A DNA stretch of 64,000 nucleotides, from positions 48,353 to 112,352 of the forward strand of contig OMSW01000112.1 in NCBI GenBank assembly GCA_900290295.1. Reading direction: 5' to 3'. The notes beneath the pieces are model-generated. The model was given only the letters and a program-made list of their open reading frames with translations, made no database searches and was not told the origin of the DNA. Below, piece after piece: positions 53,901-63,345 of the stretch. Source of the DNA: Burkholderiales bacterium (GTDB taxonomy: Bacteria > Pseudomonadota > Gammaproteobacteria > Burkholderiales > Burkholderiaceae_F). Positions within the stretch are counted from its first letter, which is position 1. Each line of letters starts with the position of its first letter. The position numbers were made by a program, and so were the translations under genes.

Positions 53901-54510
53901 TCCGCTGCTCGCGCATGCCAATGTAGCCGCCGGTTCTGAGGTCCTTCAGAATGCGGCTGATCATGTCGCGCGAGGCGCCGACCCGATTCGCGATTTCCCG
54001 CTGTGTCAAACGCTCGCGCAGCAGTCGCACGCCGTCGCACTCGACGTACTCCAGCGAGAGCAGCAGTCGTGCAACTCGGCCGTAGACATCCATCAGTGCC
54101 AGGCTTTTCACGTTGGCGGTGGCGTTGCGAGCGCGCCCGATGAGCGTGGCAATCATTCGCATGGCAATCTCGGGGTCGGCGCCGATCGCCGAGCGCAACG
54201 CGGCGCGCGCCACCACCGAGCAAACCGTCGGCTCCAGGGTGCAAACCGACGCGGAACGCGGGCGGCCGTCGAGCGCCATTTCGCCGACGTAATCCGTCGC
54301 GCCATAGTGGTCGAGGACCATCTCGCGGCCCTTCGCACCCGAGACATATACCTTGACCCTGCCGGACAAGATTACGAACAGGGCGCCGCCGCAATCGTGT
54401 TCGCGGATGATGAGGCTGTTCTTGGCGAAGCTGCGAATCCGCCCGCGCGAGGCCAGTTCGCGCACCACCGGATCGGGGATCTTCCGGATTGCCTTTTCCC
54501 ATACTCCCAT
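53866..54510 (-). CDS. CRP-family cNMP-binding transcriptional regulator
   Basis: [14 protein letters not shown] phosphate-binding cassette, [33 protein letters not shown]; RBS GGAGG; start reassigned to ATG 54510. Confidence 0.9.
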   Translation of the reverse strand: MGVWEKAIRKIPDPVVRELASRGRIRSFAKNSLIIREHDCGGALFVILSGRVKVYVSGAKGREMVLDHYGATDYVGEMALDGRPRSASVCTLEPTVCSVVARAALRSAIGADPEIAMRMIATLIGRARNATANVKSLALMDVYGRVARLLLSLEYVECDGVRLLRERLTQREIANRVGASRDMISRILKDLRTGGYIGMREQRIMILRRPPARW

Positions 54511-54689
54511 GCGCCCTCCGCGCGTCTCGTGCATTCCTTGTCCAGCGCGCGGTATGCGGCGCATCGTCGGCGGCGCATCTCCTGCTCCGGGTGTTTGACA
54601 AAGGCACATTAGTTGAACTGCGCCGGATCGGACAAGGGCGCCGTGCCGATGCGACAATTGCCGCGTTTTGCCCGGCGTGGGGATTCGGG

Positions 54690-56720
54690 ATGTCGGACAA
54701 GGACCATGCATCGCCATCAGCTCGGCAGCCGCCGCGCCCGGGACGGCCTTTGCCGTGGTGCCTGTCGCGCGGGCGCGCCAGGGGCGCACTGGCGGCCCTG
54801 ATCGGCATCGCGCTCGCCGGACTCGCAGTGCAAACGAGCACCGTGACCGAGCGGGCGGACGAGCTCGCGTTCGACGCCGAGGTGAGCATCGTGCGTGCGC
54901 TGCGTGCGCCAACAGCGGTGCAACCGACACGGCCCGATGTCGTTGTCGTGGGGGTGGACGAGGCCAGTCTGGATGCACTCGGCGTGCCGATGGCAATGAT
55001 GCACTCCGCCTTGGGCAAGGCCTTGGAGGCAATCGCCGCTGCGCAGCCCAGGGCGATCGGTCTGGATATCGCGTTGCCCGAGCGTTCCTTCGATCACCTG
55101 TTGCCCGGTCTGGACCTAGGCCTGATGCACGGCTTGCGCGCGGCGCGCACCGCTGCTGGCATCGTCGTGGCGCTCGACACGGACGCCACGGGTCATCTGC
55201 GGGCTCCGTCCCAGCCATTGCTCGCTGCGGCCGGCGGACCGGGAGCGTTTGGATTGGCGCTTTTCCCGGTTGACTGCGACGGGGTCGTGCGCCGCTTCGA
55301 TCCCGACCCGGCGAAGATTTCCTCCGGCGACCGGTCGCGGTGTGGTGCAAGCGATGACATCGATCCATCGGCTACCGATGGTGTGGCGGCGGCCCTGTCG
55401 GAGGCCTCGGACGCGTCGACGGGAACGGCCTCGATCGCGGTGCCGACGTTTGTTGCCCGCCTGGCAGGCCAGCTCGGTCGCGAAGCGCAGTTGTCGCGCC
55501 CGGCTTGGATCGACTTCACCCGTGGCGCGCCGTTTTCTTACGTTCCCTTGCGCGACGTTGTTGCCTGGTATCAGGGCCATGATCAGGCCCGCTTGGCTGC
55601 GCAATTCGGCGGGCAAATTGTTCTCCTCGGGTCGGTGCTCCCCTATCTGGACCGGTTGCGCCTGCCCGCAACGCTGGTTGCGTGGGAGCTCCCGGCCGTG
55701 CCTGCGCCCGGAGTGATCCTCAACGCGCAGGTACTGCGCAACGCATTGGGTGCCGGATTGGTACGCCCGGTGGCGCTGCCGGTAGAGTTTGCCCTGATCG
55801 CGGCGATCGCCTCGATCGCCTTCGTCGGCGGTCCATGGTCGCGTTGGTGGGCACTTGCTTGGACGCTGGCGTTGGGCCTTTTCGCGGCGACCGCGCTTCA
55901 TGCGGCCGGCTGGTTTGTCGCGCCCGGCGGCGCCCTGATTGCGGCGTCAACCGCGGTGCTGGTGCGCACCGCGCTGGACCTGGCGAACGCGCGGCACGAG
56001 CGTGAACGCCTGACCCGCATGTTTGGCGGCTACCTTAGCCCGCAGCTACTTCGGGCCGTCCTGGAAGACCGCGTCGAGCCTGGTTGCACGCGCCGCGCGA
56101 TCGCGCTGCTGTTTGCCGACTTGCGTGGTTTTACGCAATGGTCGGAGACCACCGAGCCGGAAATTGTGCACGACACCCTGAATCGCTACTACGCGGCCAT
56201 CACGCCGCTGTTGCATGCACACGGAGGTACGATCGACAATTTCCGTGGCGACGGCATCATGGTCATGTTCGGCGCTCCCGAGGCGCAGCCGCGACCATGC
56301 GATGCCGCCTTCGCTGCCGCCGGCCAGATCCTTGCGGCGGTCGATCGGCTCAATGTCCATGAAATCGTCCCCTGTGCTGTCCCTGCCGTGCAGGTGACAA
56401 TGGGATTGGCTTTTGGCGATGTGGTGTTCGGTGACGTTGGAAGCGCTGAACGCAAGGATTACACCGCCTTGGGCGACGCCGTCAACGTGGCGGCGCGGTT
56501 GCAGGAGTTAGCCAAGCGTCTTGCCTTCCCGGTCCTCATGACGGAATCATTTGCGCGCCAGCTCTCGACGGCTGCCGGCGACTTGCACGCCCTGGGTACG
56601 CACGAACTGAAGGGACATTCGCCGGTGGCGATATGCGGCTGGACGGGGCCGCACCCAGCCAGCACTGCCTCGCAGGGCGAATGGCCGGGCAGAGCGCGCA
56701 CATTTGCCGCCGACGGGTAA
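54690..56720 (+). CDS. CHASE2-domain membrane class III nucleotidyl cyclase
   Basis: N-terminal TM, VVVVGVDE.SL, AIGLDI, DGVVRR, PGV...AQ (CHASE2); 3 TM; LFADLRGFT, IDNFRGDG, YTALGDAVNVAARLQ. Confidence 0.9.
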   Translation: MSDKDHASPSARQPPRPGRPLPWCLSRGRARGALAALIGIALAGLAVQTSTVTERADELAFDAEVSIVRALRAPTAVQPTRPDVVVVGVDEASLDALGVPMAMMHSALGKALEAIAAAQPRAIGLDIALPERSFDHLLPGLDLGLMHGLRAARTAAGIVVALDTDATGHLRAPSQPLLAAAGGPGAFGLALFPVDCDGVVRRFDPDPAKISSGDRSRCGASDDIDPSATDGVAAALSEASDASTGTASIAVPTFVARLAGQLGREAQLSRPAWIDFTRGAPFSYVPLRDVVAWYQGHDQARLAAQFGGQIVLLGSVLPYLDRLRLPATLVAWELPAVPAPGVILNAQVLRNALGAGLVRPVALPVEFALIAAIASIAFVGGPWSRWWALAWTLALGLFAATALHAAGWFVAPGGALIAASTAVLVRTALDLANARHERERLTRMFGGYLSPQLLRAVLEDRVEPGCTRRAIALLFADLRGFTQWSETTEPEIVHDTLNRYYAAITPLLHAHGGTIDNFRGDGIMVMFGAPEAQPRPCDAAFAAAGQILAAVDRLNVHEIVPCAVPAVQVTMGLAFGDVVFGDVGSAERKDYTALGDAVNVAARLQELAKRLAFPVLMTESFARQLSTAAGDLHALGTHELKGHSPVAICGWTGPHPASTASQGEWPGRARTFAADG

Positions 56721-56735
56721 CGGGCGGGGCGTGCA

Positions 56736-56762
56736 GTGGTGCCGGCTTGCCGTCGGCACCAC
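56736..56762. other. Strong intergenic hairpin
   Basis: GTGGTGCCGGC-ttgcc-GTCGGCACCAC just after the cyclase stop; no U tract. Confidence 0.5.
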
Positions 56763-56845
56763 GATTACCGTGTGCAGGGCGAAGGCGGACGCTGCTCCCC
56801 CCTTCCCGAAACAAGCGATGCGCAATACGCTGTCGGTGAAGGAGG

Positions 56846-57715
56846 TTGGATCATGCCACGCGTACGATGGGGCATTCGTTGTCGCAGCAGGGGCCCGTGG
56901 CCGTTGTTACCGATGTCGACGGCAAGGCGAGCATTTGCCGCTCGGGGCACGCGCATGCGCTCGCAGTGCTGGAGGCGCTCGATCGCTCCGATCAACTGCG
57001 CCTGGAGGCGCACGCGCGTGTCGAAATTGCTTTTACGGCAGGCCAGGGTCGAGTATTTTCCTTGTCGGGTCCGGGACGTTTTGCGCTACGCGCGGACGAT
57101 GTTGTCGGATTGGACGCGGGTTCCCGGATCGTGATGCGCGACCTTGCCGGGGCCTGGCGCGCCCTCCGGATCAGACCGGGCGCCGTTGGCCGTGCCAGCG
57201 TGTCGTTGCGGGGTGTGCCGGGCGCCTTGTTCGTACTGCGTTCCCCAGTCGGCGCACAACTGGGCAATTCCGTGGATGAATTGCAATGGGAACAACCGTT
57301 CGGACTACGATCCGAGCGTTGGGACTATGCGGTTCGGGTGATCGACTCCCAGGGCAGCATCATTTTCTCGACCCGTACCCATGACACATCCGTGCCGCTG
57401 CCACGGCAACGGCCCTGGTTGCGCGAGCAGACCTACCTGTGGACGGTCGAAGCCCTCGCCGATGATGGCCGCCACACGGAGGCGGCGGCCGAGTTTCGCA
57501 TCGTTGATCCCGGCACGGAAGAGCGAATCCGGGCGCTGGGGCGCATCGTGGAGCAGGCTCGGAGCGATGCGCCGGGCTCCGGTACGACCGCCGAGGAAGT
57601 GCTGCTAGCAATGGCCCTTGAACAGGCCGGGCTCCGTAACGAAGCCGATCCGAAATGGCGCGCCTTGGCGCAGGCGCGGCCGGCGTTTGGTTCCTTGGTC
57701 CTGAACCGACCCTAA
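56846..57715 (+). CDS. Hypothetical protein, FecR-like N-terminus and DUF928-like Ig/helical C-terminus
   Basis: VAVVTDVDG..., LRG linker, L.W...Y.VRV.D..G......L....Y.WTVEA sandwich, C-terminal helices; start uncertain (TTG 56846 or ATG 56867). Confidence 0.65.
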   Translation: MDHATRTMGHSLSQQGPVAVVTDVDGKASICRSGHAHALAVLEALDRSDQLRLEAHARVEIAFTAGQGRVFSLSGPGRFALRADDVVGLDAGSRIVMRDLAGAWRALRIRPGAVGRASVSLRGVPGALFVLRSPVGAQLGNSVDELQWEQPFGLRSERWDYAVRVIDSQGSIIFSTRTHDTSVPLPRQRPWLREQTYLWTVEALADDGRHTEAAAEFRIVDPGTEERIRALGRIVEQARSDAPGSGTTAEEVLLAMALEQAGLRNEADPKWRALAQARPAFGSLVLNRP

Positions 57716-57744
57716 TTCGGAGCTCCTCGATCGCCGGCCGGCGA

Positions 57745-58224
57745 TCACTGACTGGCCCCTAGCAGACGGTGCGTAATGTAGTGCCACTCTGCCGCCGTCA
57801 CCGGTGTGATCGAAAGACGATTGCCTCGACGCAGGATCAGCATATCGGCGAGTTTTTCCTGCGCCCGCAGCTCGGCGATGGGCACAAGGCGCGTCTTGCG
57901 CACGGCGCGTACGTCGACGAGGATCCAGCGCGGATCCGCCGGCCGGGATCCGGCATCGAAATAATCGCTTCTCGGGTCAAACTGCGTAGGGTCGGGATAC
58001 GGCTTGCTGGCGACTTCGGCGAGGCCGGCAATACCGGGAAGCGCGCAACTCGAATGGTAAAACAGCACACCGTCGCCGATGTGCGTCTGATCGCGCAGGA
58101 AGTTGCGTGCCTGGTAGTTGCGGACTCCGGTCCAGGGTACGGTCGACTTGGGCGCGGCAAGTGCGTCATCGATGGAGCACTCGCTCGGCTCGGACTTCAT
58201 CAACCAATAGCGCACTGCCGGCAC
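57745..58224 (-). CDS. EVE domain protein
   Basis: YWLMKSEP, W.GVRNYQARNF, FYHS.C, PD.TQFD..S.Y.D, RLSITPV. Confidence 0.95.
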   Translation of the reverse strand: MPAVRYWLMKSEPSECSIDDALAAPKSTVPWTGVRNYQARNFLRDQTHIGDGVLFYHSSCALPGIAGLAEVASKPYPDPTQFDPRSDYFDAGSRPADPRWILVDVRAVRKTRLVPIAELRAQEKLADMLILRRGNRLSITPVTAAEWHYITHRLLGASQ

Positions 58225-58257
58225 CCGTATGACGGAGGCGTGTTCTTGAAAAAAGAA

Positions 58258-58437
58258 AAATCCCCGCGCGTGCCGCCCGGCCTGTTGCCCTGAACCGGGG
58301 GTTCAGGATGGTCGCCGTCCGCGTCGTTTAGGTTCAGCAAACGCGTGCCGATCACACCACGAGACGAGCGCAGCAACCTTGCGCAATGCGCATTGGTTCA
58401 AAGAACAAAAAGGCCTTTGCGCGAACACCGCAGGGAC
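58258..58437 (-). ncRNA. ssrS: 6S RNA
   Basis: Immediately downstream of zapA; GTCCCTGCGGTGTTCG 5' end pairs with GGCACGCGCGGGGA 3' end; TTGAACC, GAACCT and CTGAACC..GGTTCAGG motifs; -10 TAGAAT at 58448-58443. Confidence 0.92.
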
Positions 58438-58495
58438 ACCGCATTCTAACCGCCGCAGGGCCCATGCGGTAACCGGCGCAGCACGATACGACTGT

Positions 58496-58795
58496 TTAAA
58501 ACAGCTTTTCTTGTGGCGCCAGAATTTCGTCGGCGAGTGCGGTGAGGTCGCGCAGTCGTCGGCGCACTTCGGCGATTTCTCCGTCATCCGTACCCTTGGC
58601 GCCGAACAACTCCTGTGCGATCTGCAGCGCCGCCAGGACCGCAACGCGGTCCGCCCCCAGGACTTTGCCGCCGTCGCGTATCGACGCCATCTTCTGGTCC
58701 ACGTAGTGAGCACAGGCGAGCAATTCGTTACGCTCTTCCGGGCGGCAGGCCACCCGGTATTCACGGCCGAGAATGCTGAGGGTGATCTGCTCCAT
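58496..58795 (-). CDS. zapA: Cell division protein ZapA
   Basis: ILGREY..AC...E...L...A.YVD.KM..IR..GKV.G.DR.AV.AAL. Confidence 0.93.
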   Translation of the reverse strand: MEQITLSILGREYRVACRPEERNELLACAHYVDQKMASIRDGGKVLGADRVAVLAALQIAQELFGAKGTDDGEIAEVRRRLRDLTALADEILAPQEKLF

Positions 58796-58864
58796 TTTGC
58801 CGAGCCTTGGGATCAGGGAATTTGCGTGTGCGCCAGCGCCGGTAGGCCGACACCGCACCCGGAT

Positions 58865-59110
58865 TCACACGCCATCGGGTTGGGTTCCTATCGGATTGCC
58901 GCCATCGGTTTCGCGCATCTCACGCGGCAAGCGCTCGATCAAGCCGTCCAGGCGGCGCGTCGCGGCTGCGATGCGTTCGTTAAGTCCCGCCAATTCGGAC
59001 TGCGAGGTGGCCAGCTGCGTTCGTAGCTGGTGATTCTCCGCACGCAGTTGGCGCACGTGCGCAACAAGCTCCTGCATGCGCGATGTCAGTGCGTCCAGTT
59101 GGTCCAGCAT
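58865..59110 (-). CDS. ZapB-like coiled-coil protein
   Basis: 81-aa coiled coil, LRAEN..LR..L...R...L..RLP; directly upstream of zapA. Confidence 0.75.
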   Translation of the reverse strand: MLDQLDALTSRMQELVAHVRQLRAENHQLRTQLATSQSELAGLNERIAAATRRLDGLIERLPREMRETDGGNPIGTQPDGV

Positions 59111-59172
59111 AGCGAGATGGTAGCACTGCCATGGTGCTGTTTCACGCGGCAAGTCCGCTGCTACACTCTCCC

Positions 59173-59390
59173 GGCCTTCGGTTCCGTTCGATTGGGTTCC
59201 ACCCTGGTCGACGGTGAAACGGGAAACAGTGGCGTGCTCCGTGCGTCAAACTGTGCTGCCCCCGCAACGGTAAGAGAGCGTCGCCGGCATCTTGCGCCGA
59301 CGTAGTCCTGGTCAATTGCCACTGTGATGCCGCCCGGCATCGCGGGAAGGCGACCGGGATGCTTTCAGCCCGGAGACCGGCCGAAAGGGG
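59173..59390 (+). promoter_or_regulatory. Cobalamin riboswitch
   Basis: AAACGGGAA, CTGCCCCCGCAACGGTAA, GCCACTG...GGGAAGGC, AGCCCGGAGACCGGCC B12-box; upstream of btuB. Confidence 0.95.
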
Positions 59391-59536
59391 TTCGCCGACG
59401 CCGCCACGATGCTTGCGCCGGTGATATCGAATAACGTTCGCCGCGGGGTGACGGCGAGAAGCGGCGCGATTTTTCCGCCGGTTCTTCGTTGCAATCCCGC
59501 TAGCGACGCTCCGTACCGGCGGTGGGCCGGAGAGGA

Positions 59537-61468
59537 ATGGCCGCAGTGGACTTGGCGCGTAGCATGCGCGCATTCGCGCGCGCAACGAACGTCCCCGCTT
59601 GCTTCGCGTCTGTTGTGGTTTGCACGCTTGCGCATGCCCCGGTGCGCGCGCAGGAAGGCGGTACGGCCCCGCCCATTGTCATCACGGCCGCACGCACGGA
59701 GCAGTCCCTGAACGAGGCCTTGCCGAGCGTTACGGTCCTGACGCGGGAGGACATCGATGGCTCGCAATCGCGCGACCTGGCGGAACTGCTCGGGCGCCAG
59801 GCCGGAATCGAGTTTGCCCGCAGCGGTGGACAGGGGGCACAGACCTCGCTGTTCTTGCGCGGCGCAAATTCCAATCAGGTCCTGGTCCTCGTCGATGGTG
59901 TGCGCATGAACAGCGTACTCGATGGCGCGGCCGACCTGGGTGGAATCTCCACCGACTCGATCGAGCGAATCGAGATCGTGCGTGGCAACCTGTCGAGCCT
60001 GTACGGCTCCGAGGCCATCGGCGGCGTCGTGCAGATCTTCACGCGTGCCGGTGCGCATCCCGGGGCCGACGCGCTGCTCGAAGCCGGGCAGGGCGGCACA
60101 CGTGATGCCAGCCTGAGCGCCAGCACGCCGGTGGGGCCGGCAACGCTCAGTGCCTCCCTGGGATATCGATCCCAGCAGGCGATCTCGGCAGTCGACGTGG
60201 CGCAGGTTCCGTTCATTAATCCGTCCATTGACGGCAATTGGAATCGCAATGGCGCACTGCGCCTGGACGGACACGGCACGAACGGTAATTTCAGCGCTTG
60301 GGCCTGGGGCGACCGCAACGACACCGATTGGAACGATCCCTACAATTCCAGCCCCACCATACCGACCAGCGCGGCAACGCAGATCGAGCACGCTGCCCAG
60401 GATGGCTTCGGTCTCACGGGCGCACGCAGCCTCGGCAGCTCGGTAATCCGCCTCAGCGCGTCCGAGACGCGCGATGACTCGACCAACGTCTCCAATGTCC
60501 CCGACAACGTTCCCGGCTCCGACAACGACAACAACCAGTTCCGCAGTCGCAACAAGCAGGTTGCACTGCAAGACACGACGACCATTGCACCGGGCATCGA
60601 TTGGTTGGCCGGGTGGGAACATCTCGATCAGTACGGCGCGTCGACCTCGTATGACCCGACCGGCAACAACCAGCTCACGGAATTTTCGCGTCAGGTGGAT
60701 TCGCTCTGGACGGGCACCACGGGTCGACGTGGCAGCCAGCAGTGGCAGCTGAACGTGCGCCACGATCGCTACAGCGATTTCGGCGGTGCGACCACCGGGC
60801 TGATCGGGTGGGGATGGTGGATCGATCCGTCGTGGAAGCTGACGGCACAGGCTTCGACCGCCTTTCGGGCGCCGAGCTTCAACGATCTGTACTATCCCCT
60901 GTACGGCAATCCCTTGCTGCAGCCCGAGCGAGCGCGCAGCGAGGAACTGGGCTTGCGTTGGGCGCAAGGTGCCGCCAGCGCCAGCGTGGCCGTCTTTCGC
61001 ACCCGCGTTTCGGATCTGATCGAGAGTCTGGCGCCGAGCTACGTTTCGACCAATGTTGGACATGCCGCCATGGACGGCGGCGAGCTGCAGGCGGCCGATA
61101 CGCTCGGGCCGCTGCGGCTCGGCGGCAGCCTGAGCCTGGATCGGCCGCGCGACCTCGATACCGGCCTGCCATTGGTGCGGCGGGCCAGTTACAACGCCCG
61201 GATATCGGTCGGGTATATACAAGGTGCGTGGAGTGCGAACGCGGATTTGCAGCGAACCGGTGCGCGCAATGATTACCAAATCCTTACCGGTGCCCTGGTC
61301 CAGCTGTCTGCCTATAGCCTGGCGCGGTTCGCGCTCCAGTACGCGGTGAACTCGAAGATACGGCTGAATCTGCGAATCGAAAATCTCTTCAATGCAAGCT
61401 ATCAACTCGTTGACGGGTACAACACGCTGCCACGCATGATCATCGGCGGCGTCGAAGTGAGGCTCTGA
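59537..61468 (+). CDS. btuB: TonB-dependent cobalamin receptor
   Basis: TonB box IVITAAR, plug LRG.NS.QVLVLVDG, IERIEIVRG..SSLYGS.AIGGV, TAFRAPSFNDLY, ENLFN..Y; riboswitch upstream. Confidence 0.9.
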   Translation: MAAVDLARSMRAFARATNVPACFASVVVCTLAHAPVRAQEGGTAPPIVITAARTEQSLNEALPSVTVLTREDIDGSQSRDLAELLGRQAGIEFARSGGQGAQTSLFLRGANSNQVLVLVDGVRMNSVLDGAADLGGISTDSIERIEIVRGNLSSLYGSEAIGGVVQIFTRAGAHPGADALLEAGQGGTRDASLSASTPVGPATLSASLGYRSQQAISAVDVAQVPFINPSIDGNWNRNGALRLDGHGTNGNFSAWAWGDRNDTDWNDPYNSSPTIPTSAATQIEHAAQDGFGLTGARSLGSSVIRLSASETRDDSTNVSNVPDNVPGSDNDNNQFRSRNKQVALQDTTTIAPGIDWLAGWEHLDQYGASTSYDPTGNNQLTEFSRQVDSLWTGTTGRRGSQQWQLNVRHDRYSDFGGATTGLIGWGWWIDPSWKLTAQASTAFRAPSFNDLYYPLYGNPLLQPERARSEELGLRWAQGAASASVAVFRTRVSDLIESLAPSYVSTNVGHAAMDGGELQAADTLGPLRLGGSLSLDRPRDLDTGLPLVRRASYNARISVGYIQGAWSANADLQRTGARNDYQILTGALVQLSAYSLARFALQYAVNSKIRLNLRIENLFNASYQLVDGYNTLPRMIIGGVEVRL

Positions 61469-61474
61469 CCCGCT

Positions 61475-62497
61475 GTGGAGCTGCCACGCCTGCCCGCCGC
61501 GACCGCGCTTCGTATCCTCGTGGCCGGCGCACTCCTTGCTCTGCTGGCTGCCCTGCGATTCGGCAGCGTCGGGGTCAGCTCGGGAGCACTATTACAGGCC
61601 CTGCTCGATATCGTGCAGGGCCGCGATGAGCCGTCGCTAGCGGCAACGCTGTTGGCGCTGCGGCTCCCCCGGGCCCTGACCGCGATGGCGGTTGGTGGCC
61701 TGCTGGCGCTGTCCGGCGCGCTGCTGCAGGCCTTGTTGCGCAACCCGCTTGCCGATCCGTACGTGCTCGGGGTCTCGGGCGGCGCATCCTGCGCGGCAAT
61801 GCTGGCAATTGCCACCGGTCTCGGCGCGGCGGCGATCGCGCTGTGTGCGGCCGGTGGCGCGCTCGCGGCCTTGTCGCTGCTTTTCCTGCTCGCGCACCGC
61901 GCACTTTTTGCGCGCGACGCCGCCCTGGATCAGGGACGCGATAGCGCGATCCTTCTGACCGGGGTAATGATCGCTTCGCTGTGCGCAGCCGCCCTCAGCT
62001 TGGCGCTGGCCGTAGCTCCGGATGGGAAACTGCGGACGATGGTCTTCTGGCTGCTCGGCGACCTGGGGGGCGCCGTCAACCCTGGCATGGCTGGGTTGGC
62101 CGTTGCCGGCTGGTTGCTGCTGCTGTTCATCGGGCAGCGTGATGCGGGCGCGCTCAATCTGATGCTGGGCGGGGACTTGCAGGCTTATACGCAGGGCGTG
62201 CCAACGACCCAGGTTCGCCGGCGCCTGATCGCGGTAACCGCGCTTGCCACGGGGACCGCCGTGGCGCTTGCCGGTGCCGTGGGTTTCGTGGGTTTCGTGG
62301 CGCCGCATCTGGTGCGCCGCTTCGTCGGTTCCAACCACCGGGTCGTCTTGCCCGCCGCATCGCTGCTAGGGGCCATTCTAGTGCTGCTCGCCGATACGAT
62401 TGGCCGTTCCATTGCCGCGCCGCTGCAACTGCCGGTGGGTGCATTGACCGCGCTCGTTGGCGTGCCCGTCTTCATCTGGCAACTGCAGCGGCCATGA
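61475..62497 (+). CDS. btuC: Cobalamin ABC transporter permease (FecCD family)
   Basis: LRLPRA, Q.LLRNPLADPY.LG.SGG, FWLLGDL, GFVGFVAPH, PVG.LTA.VG.P. Confidence 0.88.
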   Translation: MELPRLPAATALRILVAGALLALLAALRFGSVGVSSGALLQALLDIVQGRDEPSLAATLLALRLPRALTAMAVGGLLALSGALLQALLRNPLADPYVLGVSGGASCAAMLAIATGLGAAAIALCAAGGALAALSLLFLLAHRALFARDAALDQGRDSAILLTGVMIASLCAAALSLALAVAPDGKLRTMVFWLLGDLGGAVNPGMAGLAVAGWLLLLFIGQRDAGALNLMLGGDLQAYTQGVPTTQVRRRLIAVTALATGTAVALAGAVGFVGFVAPHLVRRFVGSNHRVVLPAASLLGAILVLLADTIGRSIAAPLQLPVGALTALVGVPVFIWQLQRP

Positions 62498-63282
62498 ATG
62501 TTCCGCTGCTGGCCTGCCACGGAGTCGACGTGCGCTATGGCGAACGCTGGTTGGTCCGGTCCCTGCATATCGAGATCGCAGCCGGCGAGCGCTGGGTGCT
62601 GGTCGGACCCAACGGTGCGGGCAAGACGTCACTGCTCTTCGTGCTTGCTGGCGTGCGCATGGCCGATGGCGGCACGATCGATCTCGCGGGACAACCGATG
62701 GCCAAGTGGAGCGTGGAGAGCTTGGCCGGGCTGCGCGCCCTGGTTGCGGATCATTGGATCGATCCATTTGCGACCAGCGTCTTGGATACCGTCATTGCCG
62801 CACGATATCGAATGCGTGGCGCGGTGCGGGCCGGCAAGCGGGCCGACCAGCACGCCGAAGCCGTTGGGCGCCAATGCCTGGCGGTAATGGATTGTGCTGG
62901 ACTGGCCGACCGCGATGTTCGCTTCCTGTCCCGAGGCGAACGCCAGCGCGTCGCGCTGGCGGCTGCCCTGGCCCAGGAGACGCCCCTGGTTCTGCTCGAC
63001 GAGCCCATTTCGCATCAGGATCCACGGCATCAGTTTCAAGTGCTGCAGCAACTCGATCTACGCTCGGACTGCACCTACATCGGCGCATTACACGACATCA
63101 ATGCCGCTGCCCGATTTGCAACCCATGCCCTACTGCTTTCCGGCGACGGCAGTTGGCAAGCCGGAGAGAGCAGTAATGTCTTGACCAACGCGAACCTTTC
63201 TCAACTGTTCGATACGAAAATCACGCAGATCGAAGTTGGTTCACATCGCGTGTTCGTGGCAACGGGTGCGGCGCCATCGTGA
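62494..63282 (+). CDS. btuD: Cobalamin ABC transporter ATP-binding subunit
   Basis: Walker A GPNGAGKT, signature LSRGERQR, Walker B LLDEP, H-loop LHDIN. Confidence 0.85.
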   Translation: MNVPLLACHGVDVRYGERWLVRSLHIEIAAGERWVLVGPNGAGKTSLLFVLAGVRMADGGTIDLAGQPMAKWSVESLAGLRALVADHWIDPFATSVLDTVIAARYRMRGAVRAGKRADQHAEAVGRQCLAVMDCAGLADRDVRFLSRGERQRVALAAALAQETPLVLLDEPISHQDPRHQFQVLQQLDLRSDCTYIGALHDINAAARFATHALLLSGDGSWQAGESSNVLTNANLSQLFDTKITQIEVGSHRVFVATGAAPS

Positions 63283-63345
63283 TTCCGAGCTATAGTCTCG
63301 CCTTTACTCAACAGCTGCCGCCTCGGTGGCAACCATATACATCCT

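Noticed and set aside
54591-54610. Possible CRP site or -35 element in the crp/cyclase intergenic region
   Set aside because: TGTGC/TCAAA half-sites are spaced 5 rather than 6 bp, and TTGACA has no credible -10 at 16-18 bp
54511-55368. 500-aa version of the CRP ORF
   Set aside because: The upstream 286 codons are antisense to the cyclase and have no domain signal; an RBS supports ATG 54510
57729-57746. 18-bp perfect palindrome GATCGCCGGCCGGCGATC
   Set aside because: Sits between convergent stops, so most likely an ordinary 3' hairpin; no U tract and no second copy in the window
57745-59110. EVE gene beside 6S RNA/zapA as a novel defence or RNA-modification system
   Set aside because: zapA-ssrS-EVE linkage is familiar proteobacterial synteny and no nuclease or toxin partner is adjacent
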